Shown here: positions 35,972 to 42,977 of the stretch, piece by piece
Layout of the letters: each line of letters opens with the position of its first letter
How positions within the stretch are numbered: the first letter of the stretch is position 1
Origin: a plasmid
Direction: 5' to 3' (one strand)
Sequence record: NZ_CP034394.1
Length of the DNA: 42,977 bases
Program-made: the position numbers and the translations under genes
The notes under the pieces: generated by a model
Seen by the model: only the letters and a program-made list of their open reading frames with translations
Told to the model about the DNA's origin: nothing
Databases searched by the model: none

Positions 35972-37765
35972 ATGAAAATCTCTCATATCCAAGTAGACAA
36001 CATCCTGGGCGTGCGCACCGTCGATATCAAGCTGCCCACGCCCGTGGCCCTGATCGCCGGCCGCAACGGTTCTGGCAAGAGCAGCATTCAGGAAGCCGTG
36101 CGCATGGCCATCAGCGGGGAGGTCGTGCGCGCCAAGCTGAAGAAGGAATACCCTGCGCTGGTGCATGCCGGTTCCAAGGCCGGCGGCGTGCTGGTGGGCC
36201 TGGACGACGGCCGCAGCTATGCATTCAACCTGCCCAAGGGTCAGGCGCAAATCTCGGATGGCTTGCCGACCGGCGCGGCCATCGGCGTCGCCCTCAACGG
36301 CCAGCGCTTCGCCGCCATGAAGGATGACGAGCGCCGCAGCTTCCTCTTCGCTGTCTCGGGCTGCAAGCTGTCCGGCGAGGAAATCAAGAAGCGCCTGCTG
36401 GGCCGCAATCTAAATCCGCAGCTGGTGGAAATGGTGATGCCGGTGCTGCGTACCGGCTTCCCGGCGGGCAAGGACTTCGCCGCCGAAGAGGCGCGTAAGA
36501 AGAAAGGCGCCTGGCAGCAGATCACAGGTGCGAACTGGGGCGGCGTGGCCAGCGAGGGCTGGGCGGCCGATAAGCCAACCGTGCCGGCCGTGGCGCACAC
36601 CACCGAGGACGTGGCCAAGCTGCGCCAGGAAATCGACCAGATCAACAAGCAGATCGGCGAGGCCCGCGCGAAGCAGCAGGCGCAGGCGCAGGCCAAGCAG
36701 CGCCGCACCGAGCTGCAGGAACTGTCCAAGAAGGCCCCGGACATCAGCGGCTACCTGAAGAAGGCCGAAGAGGAGCTGGCGCAGTACGAGCCGCAGGTCG
36801 TTGCCATGCGCCAGCGCGCTGCCGGTGGTCGCCCGCTGGGTCTGGTGCATGACCTGGCCTATGCGCTGCACGACCTGCGCGAAGTGTTTCCGGTGCCGTC
36901 CACTGGCGAGGACGACGTCCCCTACCAGGTCGCGAACGCGGCCCTGGATGCCTACGAGCATGCCCACGGCGAAATCAAGCCGGCCGGTGAAGCCGACACC
37001 GAGGCGCAGAACTCCCTGCCCGAGTACGAACGCGGCCTGGAGGTACTGAAGAACCGCGCCACGAACCTGAAGCGCGATTTCGACGCGGCGACTGGCGCCG
37101 ACCAGCGCCTGGCCGAGCTGGAAGCGCAGACCGACTTCGAGACCGACCACGGCGCCGGCGTCCAGGAACTGGAACAGCGTCTTGGCGCACTGCGCACCAG
37201 CTTGGCGAAGATGACCGAAGAGATCGAGGCTGCCGCCGGCGCGCAGCGCGACTTCGACGCGGCAGATGCGCGCACGGCAGAAGCCGCCAAGGTCCATGAC
37301 GAAGTGAAGGCCTGGCTGGCGGTGGCCGACGCCTGCGCACCGGATGGCATCCCCAGCGAGCTGCTGGCGGAAGCCCTCCTGCCCGTCAACAGCGCCCTGA
37401 CGGCGTCCGCAGCCTTCAGCGGCTGGGCGTCGGTGTACATCGATCAGGACATGGCCATCACCGCCGGCAAGCGCCCCTATGCCCTGCTGTCCGAATCCGA
37501 GCAGTGGCGCGTGGATGCCATGATCGCCCAGGCCGTGGCCCAGGTGACCGGCCTGCGCCTGCTGATGCTGGATCGCTTCGATGTGCTGGACCTGCAGGGC
37601 CGATCGGACGCCATCAACTGGCTGCACTCCCTGTCCGAGGAAGGCCATATCGAAACCGCGCTGGTCTTCGGCACGCTCAAGCAGCTGCCCGCCCAGCTCC
37701 CGCCCACCTTTACCTCGTTCTGGATCGCCAATGGCGTCATCGAGGCACTGCGGGAGGCCGCATAA
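35972..37765 (+). CDS. SMC/RecF/SbcC-like ABC-type ATPase with a coiled-coil, 597 aa.
   Basis: N-terminal Walker A (GRNGSGKSS). A long coiled-coil middle region. A C-terminal signature-like motif LSESEQ and Walker B/D-loop LLMLDRFDVLD. Confidence 0.7.
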   Translation: MKISHIQVDNILGVRTVDIKLPTPVALIAGRNGSGKSSIQEAVRMAISGEVVRAKLKKEYPALVHAGSKAGGVLVGLDDGRSYAFNLPKGQAQISDGLPTGAAIGVALNGQRFAAMKDDERRSFLFAVSGCKLSGEEIKKRLLGRNLNPQLVEMVMPVLRTGFPAGKDFAAEEARKKKGAWQQITGANWGGVASEGWAADKPTVPAVAHTTEDVAKLRQEIDQINKQIGEARAKQQAQAQAKQRRTELQELSKKAPDISGYLKKAEEELAQYEPQVVAMRQRAAGGRPLGLVHDLAYALHDLREVFPVPSTGEDDVPYQVANAALDAYEHAHGEIKPAGEADTEAQNSLPEYERGLEVLKNRATNLKRDFDAATGADQRLAELEAQTDFETDHGAGVQELEQRLGALRTSLAKMTEEIEAAAGAQRDFDAADARTAEAAKVHDEVKAWLAVADACAPDGIPSELLAEALLPVNSALTASAAFSGWASVYIDQDMAITAGKRPYALLSESEQWRVDAMIAQAVAQVTGLRLLMLDRFDVLDLQGRSDAINWLHSLSEEGHIETALVFGTLKQLPAQLPPTFTSFWIANGVIEALREAA

Positions 37766-38208
37766 TGCCGCGCGCCATCCAGTTCAAACCCTCGGCCAAG
37801 CAGGCCGCCCTGGTCAAGAACCCGCTGCCCATCCCGACCGAATGCCCGTACTGCAAGGGCACCGTCGGCCGCGTCGACAACAGCGTGATCTATGGCCGCC
37901 AGTATGGTAAATGGCCGTTCGCCTACATGTGCCAGACGCCCGGCTGCGACAGCTATGTGGGCATCCATCCGAAGACCGATATCCCGCTGGGCACCATGGC
38001 CGACAAGGCCACCCGCAACGCGCGCAAGCGCGCCAAGGCGGTGTTCTCTCCCCTGTGGGAAGACGAAGGCATGACCAAGGATCAGGCCTATGCCTGGCTG
38101 GCCAAGGAACTTGGCATCGAGGACGTGAACCACTGCCATGTCGGCTGGTTCGACATCGCACAGTGCAACCGGGTGGTGGAAGTGTGTCTGCGGAGGGTCA
38201 CCGCATGA
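37765..38208 (+). CDS. Zinc-ribbon protein (DUF3268-like), about 147 aa. The start is trimmed to MPRAIQFKPSAKQ.
   Basis: TAATG overlap with the ATPase stop. Cys pairs CPYC…C..PGC and C…C..VC. Confidence 0.5.
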   Translation: MPRAIQFKPSAKQAALVKNPLPIPTECPYCKGTVGRVDNSVIYGRQYGKWPFAYMCQTPGCDSYVGIHPKTDIPLGTMADKATRNARKRAKAVFSPLWEDEGMTKDQAYAWLAKELGIEDVNHCHVGWFDIAQCNRVVEVCLRRVTA

Positions 38209-40430
38209 AGCGCGATTCCTTCACGCTCCCCCTGGGCTTGGCATCCGAGCTGCTGATCGACAACTTCGCAGGCGGCGGCGGCGCCAGCAAAGGGATTGAA
38301 CAGGCTTTCGGGCGCCCGGTCGATGTGGCGATCAACCACGACGGCGAAGCTCTTGCCATGCATGAGGCCAATCACCCGACGACCAAGCACTACCGCGAAG
38401 ACGTCTTCACCGTTCACCCGGGCTTCGTCACCCAGCAGCAGCCCATCGGGCTGGCTTGGTTCTCGCCCGACTGCAAGCACCATAGCAAGGCCAAGGGCGG
38501 CAAGCCGCGCGAGAAGAAGATCAGGGGCCTGGCCTGGGTGTGCCTGAAGTGGGGCACGTTCCAGATGCCCCGGGCCATTGCCATCGAGAACGTGGAAGAA
38601 TTCCAGGACTGGGGGCCTCTGGACGAAGAAGGCAGCCCGATCAAGTCCGAGAAGGGCCGTACCTTCCGCGCCTTCATTGATGCCCTGACTACAGGGCTGG
38701 ATCGCAACCATCCGGATGTGCCTGAAATCTTCGAGGCGCTGGGAGCCGACTTCCCCATGGATCGCCTGTATGCCGGCCTGGGCTACAAGGTCGAATGGCG
38801 CATCCTGCGCGCCTGCGACTATGGCACCCCGACGATCCGCAAGCGCCTGTTCATCTTTGCGCGCCGCGATGGCCTGCCTATCGTCTGGCCCGAACCGACG
38901 CACGGTGACCCGAAGTCCGCTGCAGTGAAAGCGGGCAAGCTGCTGCCCTATCGCACTGCCGCCGAGTGCATCGACTGGTCAATCCCCTGCCCGTCAATCT
39001 TCGAACGCACCCGGCCACTGAAGCCCGCGACGCTGCGCCGGATCGCCAAAGGCGTGATGAAGTTCGTGGTCAACAGCAGCGATCCATTCATCGTGAAGTT
39101 TTCCGAGAACAGCACCGGCCAGCAGCTCGACGAACCGCTACACACCGTAATGGCCGGGGCGCCGCGCTTCGGTCTGGTGGTGCCATCCCTGATGCACATG
39201 ACGCACCAGGGCGCAGACCGCAATGCGCCTGCCGGCGAGCCGCTGGCGACCGTGACGGGGGCGAACCGTGGCGAGCAGGCTGTCGTCGCAGCCCACATCA
39301 CCAAGTTCCGAACCGGCAGCACCGGCAGCGCAATCGACGAGCCCCTGCACACAGTCACTGCCGGCGGCGACCCGAACCCGGATCACCAAAGCACCGGCAA
39401 CGTGATGGGCATCGTTGAGGCGAAACTTGCACCGTTCATCACCGAGCATGCCAACGCCAGCACCCAGCGCAATATGTCAGCCGATGAGCCGCTGCGCACC
39501 CAATGCGCCGAGGTGAAGGGTGGCCACTTCGCTGTCGTCTCGGCCACCCTGGTGGACGCCGCGCACGGTGAGGAATCACCGGGCGGCGTGAAGCGCTGGG
39601 GCAGCGGCGCGCACGATATCGAGACACCCATGGGCACGGTAGTGGCCAGCGGCAATAAGGCCCTGGTCTCTGCAACCCTCGTCCAGACGGGCTACGGCGA
39701 GCGGCCCGGCCAAGCGCCGCGTGCGCCGGGCTTGGACAAGCCTCTCGGCACGGTCGTGGCCGGCGGCGGCAAGCATGCGCTGGTCTCGGCCATGCTGGCC
39801 AAGCACTATGGCGGCGTGGTCGGTACCGGTGTCGATGTTCCGTTCGGCACCATAACCACTTCGGATCACCATTCGGTGGTGACTGCGAACCTGGTGCATT
39901 ACAACGCAGAGAAACGCTCCGGAGAAGTACGTGCATCGGGAATGCAGGAACCACTCAAGACCCAGACGACCGAGAACCGCCATGCCGTCGTCACGTCGCA
40001 CCTGGTGAAGCTGCGCAACAACCAATTCGGCCAGGCCGTGGATGAGCCGATGCCAACGCTGACCGCCGGTGGCGGCCACGTCGGCGAGGTCCGCGCTTTC
40101 CTGATGAAGTTCTATAGCGAGGGCGGCCAGCACCAGGGATGTGATGAACCTTTGCACACCGTCCCGACGAAGGACCGCTTCGGCCTGGTCATGGTCCACG
40201 GCGAGCAATACCAGATCGTGGATATCGGCATGCGCATGCTCACCCCGCGCGAGCTAGCGCGCGCGCAGGGCTTCCCGGACGACTATGTGCTCGATCCTGT
40301 GGTCAACGGAAAACCTCTCTCCAAGACCGCCCAGGTGCGCATGATCGGCAACAGCGTATGTCCGCCGTTGGCCCGCGCACTGCTGGCCGCCAATTTCACC
40401 CACGAACGCCAGATTGCGAGGACCGCATGA
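38205..40430 (+). CDS. DNA (cytosine-5)-methyltransferase, about 741 aa. Its variable region is expanded into about 10 tandem copies of a ~28-aa module.
   Basis: Motif I FAGGGGAS, PC-type motif IV FSPDCKH, motif VI ENVEEF, motif X TPRELARAQGFPDDYV. The repeats have consensus xDEPLxTVTAGGxxHALVSAxL. GGAGGG SD. ATGA overlap with the upstream gene. The start is trimmed to MKRDSFTLPLG. Confidence 0.85.
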   Translation: MKRDSFTLPLGLASELLIDNFAGGGGASKGIEQAFGRPVDVAINHDGEALAMHEANHPTTKHYREDVFTVHPGFVTQQQPIGLAWFSPDCKHHSKAKGGKPREKKIRGLAWVCLKWGTFQMPRAIAIENVEEFQDWGPLDEEGSPIKSEKGRTFRAFIDALTTGLDRNHPDVPEIFEALGADFPMDRLYAGLGYKVEWRILRACDYGTPTIRKRLFIFARRDGLPIVWPEPTHGDPKSAAVKAGKLLPYRTAAECIDWSIPCPSIFERTRPLKPATLRRIAKGVMKFVVNSSDPFIVKFSENSTGQQLDEPLHTVMAGAPRFGLVVPSLMHMTHQGADRNAPAGEPLATVTGANRGEQAVVAAHITKFRTGSTGSAIDEPLHTVTAGGDPNPDHQSTGNVMGIVEAKLAPFITEHANASTQRNMSADEPLRTQCAEVKGGHFAVVSATLVDAAHGEESPGGVKRWGSGAHDIETPMGTVVASGNKALVSATLVQTGYGERPGQAPRAPGLDKPLGTVVAGGGKHALVSAMLAKHYGGVVGTGVDVPFGTITTSDHHSVVTANLVHYNAEKRSGEVRASGMQEPLKTQTTENRHAVVTSHLVKLRNNQFGQAVDEPMPTLTAGGGHVGEVRAFLMKFYSEGGQHQGCDEPLHTVPTKDRFGLVMVHGEQYQIVDIGMRMLTPRELARAQGFPDDYVLDPVVNGKPLSKTAQVRMIGNSVCPPLARALLAANFTHERQIARTA

Positions 40431-40747
40431 GCGCTCAAGAAACAAATGCCGAACCAATCAAGATATTCGGCCTCCTGATGAGGCATCCCGACCAAGAGGG
40501 CCTGATCCGGAAGCACTGCTTCGGCGACTGCGGAAAGATTTCATTGGCGGGCTGCATTGATGATCCGCAGACCGGTGGCCTGGGCGTTTGCTGCGAAACC
40601 AAATGCCCCTGGCTGAAAGGCGAGATGGACCAGCCCTATGGTGAAACCATGTCCTTCGGCAAGCGGCACCACATTTACTTGCGGGCGATCACTGACTCAC
40701 CGGACCACGCTGAACCGATCTCTACGGCATCGGAGAGGCAGCCATGA
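40427..40747 (+). CDS. Hypothetical Cys-rich protein, about 106 aa (HCFGDCGK…CCETKCPW). The start is trimmed to MSAQETNAEP.
   Basis: Start overlaps the methyltransferase stop. Multiple Cys residues are consistent with metal binding. Confidence 0.45.
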   Translation: MSAQETNAEPIKIFGLLMRHPDQEGLIRKHCFGDCGKISLAGCIDDPQTGGLGVCCETKCPWLKGEMDQPYGETMSFGKRHHIYLRAITDSPDHAEPISTASERQP

Positions 40748-41457
40748 AGGAAGGTCCCATCCTGATGAACGGCGCTATGGTGCGCGCCACGCTGGCGGGC
40801 GACAAGACGAACACCAGGCGCACGCAGGGCCTGGAGTTCTTTTCCGACAACGATGCTGGAAACTGGCGCTGCGTACGCGTCTCCGGTGGCAATGCCTATT
40901 TCGTGTATGGGAACTCTCCGAAGGAGCACGTCGAGAAATGCCCCTACGGCCAGCCTGGCGACCGACTGTGGGTGCGCGAGACCTGCCGGGCAGAGGAACT
41001 GGATGACGGCAGTGATGGAGTGCGTTACGCGGCCGATGATGCATTTATCCATATCCGCGCCGGCGCGGCAGAGGCCGAGGCCTGGCACAAGCTGTTCAAC
41101 TACCGTGGCCAGCAGGGCGCGGTGGTCCCATCGATCCACATGCCGCGCTGGGCCAGCCGCATCCTGCTGGAAATTACCAGCGTGCGCGTGGAACGCCTGT
41201 GGAACATCAGCGAGCAGGATGCGCTGGCCGAGGGTATCGAGAAGAATTGGACCGGCGATCCTAGCAAGGGGCAGAACGGCTTCGGCACGGTCGGCTGGGT
41301 ACCGGACTGCGGATGGATCAACTACATGGAGGACATGGACGGCGAACCAGCGTACACGCCGCAGGACAGCTTCCGGTCCTTGTGGCAGTCCATCAACGGC
41401 CGCGACAGCTGGGCAGCCAATCCGTGGGTCTGGGTTGTTGAATTTAGGAGGATCTAA
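40744..41457 (+). CDS. Hypothetical protein, 237 aa. Its N-terminus weakly resembles ASCH/PUA-like folds (GDKTNTRR).
   Basis: ATGA overlap coupling. The domain guess is low-confidence. Confidence 0.45.
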   Translation: MKEGPILMNGAMVRATLAGDKTNTRRTQGLEFFSDNDAGNWRCVRVSGGNAYFVYGNSPKEHVEKCPYGQPGDRLWVRETCRAEELDDGSDGVRYAADDAFIHIRAGAAEAEAWHKLFNYRGQQGAVVPSIHMPRWASRILLEITSVRVERLWNISEQDALAEGIEKNWTGDPSKGQNGFGTVGWVPDCGWINYMEDMDGEPAYTPQDSFRSLWQSINGRDSWAANPWVWVVEFRRI

Positions 41458-41459
41458 TC

Positions 41460-41687
41460 ATGCAAGCAATCGCACAACCGATCACCTTGACTGAAGAAGA
41501 GGTGGTGGCCATCACCGGCTACCATCGCGCCGCCTTCCAGCTGCGCCGCCTGGAGGAAATGGGAATTCCGGCCCATCGCCGCCCCGATAATACCGTCATG
41601 GTCCTGCGCGTCTATGCCACCACCAGGCCGGCCGCCGAAGCGGCGCCGGAAAAACAAGAACCGAAACTCCGCCTGATTCGCAAATGA
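41460..41687 (+). CDS. DUF4224-like small protein, a candidate excisionase or recombination directionality factor.
   Basis: Motif LTEEEVVAITGYHRAAFQLRRLEEMGIP. It lies immediately upstream of, and overlapping, the int start. Confidence 0.5.
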   Translation: MQAIAQPITLTEEEVVAITGYHRAAFQLRRLEEMGIPAHRRPDNTVMVLRVYATTRPAAEAAPEKQEPKLRLIRK

Positions 41688-42847
41688 ACCGATCCCGCAA
41701 AACCGGCAAGGGGCTGCCCCGCCGCGTGTACCAGAAGCACGGCGCCTATTTCTTCGTGCCGGCCGAGCCTATGCTCGACCCCAAGGATGGCAAGATCAAA
41801 CGATGGATTCCACTGGCCAAGATAGCCGAGGGCGAGGCGGCCATGCTGCTGGCGCTGGGCAACCTGCTGCAAGACGACGCCCTGAACGTCGAAAGCATGC
41901 GGTACGTCTGCGCCGAGTTCAAGAAGCACAAGCTAAACCGCTATACCGACGAGACCAAGGCCACCTATGGCCGGTACCTGGACACCATCGGCGAGGCGTT
42001 CGCCGATTTCTCGGCGCGCCAGGTCACGACCAAGAGCTGGGCGCAGTTCCTGCGCCAGAACTTCAGTGCCCATCCGAACACCGCGCAGAAATACACTGCG
42101 CTGGCGCGCAAGCTCTTCAAATTCGTAATCTCAGAACTGGGCCTGCGCGAAGACAATCCCATCGACCAGATCGAGCTTGAGGACTACGAGACCACGCGCC
42201 GCCTGATCCTGCCGACCCATGAGCAGGTCCAGGCCATCCGCCAGGCCGGCATGATAAGCAAGGTGCGATCGGACACGGGCAAGGCGCTCCCCACCGCCAG
42301 CGGGCCAATGTTCGCCTGCCTGGTGGATGCAGCGTACTTGCTGTGGGCGCGCGCCATAGACGTGCGCACCCTGAAGGAATCGCAGATCGATGGCGAAATC
42401 GGCGGCTACATCCGCCTGAAGCCCTCGAAGACCCTGAAAACGAGCGGTAAATCGGTGGACATCCTGATCACGCCGGCGATCTGGGACGTGATCCAGCGCG
42501 CCCGCGCCATCAAGAAGGAATACAAGGTCCACGGCAAACCCTTGATCACGGGCTTCGTGTTCCCGACCCGGAAAGGGACTGAGTACAGCAAGAATGGATT
42601 GTTTTCGATGTGGGACCGCGCCAGGGATCGCCTGGGCATCGGCAAGGACTCGCCCCCGGAAGAGCGGATTCAATTTAGAGATTTGCGCGCGCTGGGCGCT
42701 ACTGATGCAGCTCGAACGAAGCTGCCGATAGAACAGATCCAGACCCGCCTGGCGCACACGTCGCCGCAGACATCTGAAATCTATATCAAGGAAGTGATTG
42801 CCCAGGTCTCGGAGATTGACCTCCCGCTACCCTGGCCCACAAAGTAA
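41684..42847 (+). CDS. int: Tyrosine-type site-specific recombinase (phage integrase).
   Basis: C-terminal catalytic region …FRDLRALGATD… LAHTSPQTSEIYIKE (R…H..R…Y). It lies adjacent to the tRNA and the element end. Confidence 0.9.
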   Translation: MNRSRKTGKGLPRRVYQKHGAYFFVPAEPMLDPKDGKIKRWIPLAKIAEGEAAMLLALGNLLQDDALNVESMRYVCAEFKKHKLNRYTDETKATYGRYLDTIGEAFADFSARQVTTKSWAQFLRQNFSAHPNTAQKYTALARKLFKFVISELGLREDNPIDQIELEDYETTRRLILPTHEQVQAIRQAGMISKVRSDTGKALPTASGPMFACLVDAAYLLWARAIDVRTLKESQIDGEIGGYIRLKPSKTLKTSGKSVDILITPAIWDVIQRARAIKKEYKVHGKPLITGFVFPTRKGTEYSKNGLFSMWDRARDRLGIGKDSPPEERIQFRDLRALGATDAARTKLPIEQIQTRLAHTSPQTSEIYIKEVIAQVSEIDLPLPWPTK

Positions 42848-42890
42848 AACAGCACTGATATTAGACAGGTGTCTAATATACAGTGCTGTT
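42848..42890. repeat. Near-perfect 20-bp inverted repeat AACAGCACTGATATTAGACA-GG-TGTCTAATAT(A)CAGTGCTGTT, immediately after the int stop. It contains the right copy of the 14-bp direct repeat (42870-42883).
   Basis: Read from the sequence. It could be the int terminator stem and/or core or arm-type Int binding sites. Confidence 0.6.
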
Positions 42891-42927
42891 CTTCTGTACA
42901 GCTTTCGCTGTAAGTGCTTGATTCTAT

Positions 42928-42977
42928 TGGTCGGGACGGTGTGATTCGAACACACGACCCCTTGCACCCCATGCAAG
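42928..42977 (-). tRNA. tRNA-Pro (anticodon GGG), a 3'-partial view in which the gene continues past the window end. The window contains the anticodon arm, the variable loop, the T-arm (TTCGAAT loop), the acceptor 3' strand, the discriminator A and CCA.
   Basis: The reverse complement folds into the canonical cloverleaf elements. The anticodon loop is ATGGGGT with G37. Confidence 0.55.

Noticed and set aside
42928-42977. Calling a complete tRNA gene.
   Set aside because: Only the 3' ~50 nt (anticodon arm onward) lie inside the window. The D-arm and 5' acceptor strand are beyond the end, so only a partial tRNA-Pro(GGG) call is made.

Overview
The window is almost entirely one ~43 kb temperate siphovirus-like prophage from a GC-rich, Burkholderiales-like host. 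Coordinates of features not taken from the ORF track are my own read of the sequence and may be off by 1-2 nt.

Right end: a tyrosine integrase (41684..42847, +) preceded by a DUF4224 excisionase-like gene, then a 3'-partial tRNA-Pro(GGG) on the minus strand (42928..>42977).

Both window ends share an exact 14-bp direct repeat, TGTCTAATATACAG (49-62 and 42870-42883), plus inverted copies of the same motif. I read these as att or integrase-binding sites.

Positions ~160-22770 carry a minus-strand late operon, listed here from high to low coordinate:
- small and large terminase
- a small unknown gene
- a portal fused to a Mu-F domain
- a prohead protease/scaffold
- major capsid
- connector, neck and tail-completion genes
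- major tail protein
- tail chaperone G/GT with a -1 frameshift on a G6 run
- tape measure
- a GTA-like distal tail module (DUF2460, DUF2163/BR0599, NlpC/P60, large J-like protein)
- tail fibre and its chaperone
- a lysis cassette: holin, GH108 endolysin, and a GTA-type 3TM holin-like protein

Intrinsic terminator hairpins sit at several points inside this operon and immediately upstream of terS. Together with a Cys-cluster protein just upstream (22986..23603), this suggests Q-type processive antitermination.

The middle of the window is the immunity region. It has a divergent Cro-like (-) and CI-like (+) pair with GATAGA-N3-TCTATC operators. The same operator occurs in triplicate in front of a second, rightward early operon. 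A BamE-like lipoprotein moron follows cI.

The leftward early operon encodes:
- a CII-like regulator
- an SPPY-type N4/N6 DNA methyltransferase
- a DUF1376 replication protein containing a (CCCTGT)n microsatellite
- RusA
- several small Cys-rich unknowns

The rightward early operon is translationally coupled through ATGA/TAATG overlaps and encodes:
- small membrane proteins
- a Cas4/RecB-like Fe-S nuclease
- RecT
- a DnaQ-like exonuclease
- an SMC/RecF-like ATPase
- a zinc-ribbon protein
- a large C5-cytosine methyltransferase whose variable region is a ~10-unit tandem array of ~28-aa repeats
- further unknowns, the excisionase-like gene and the integrase

The most unusual candidates for further work are the repeat-array C5 methyltransferase with its adjacent ATPase and zinc-ribbon cassette, the shared operator architecture, and the antitermination-style late operon.
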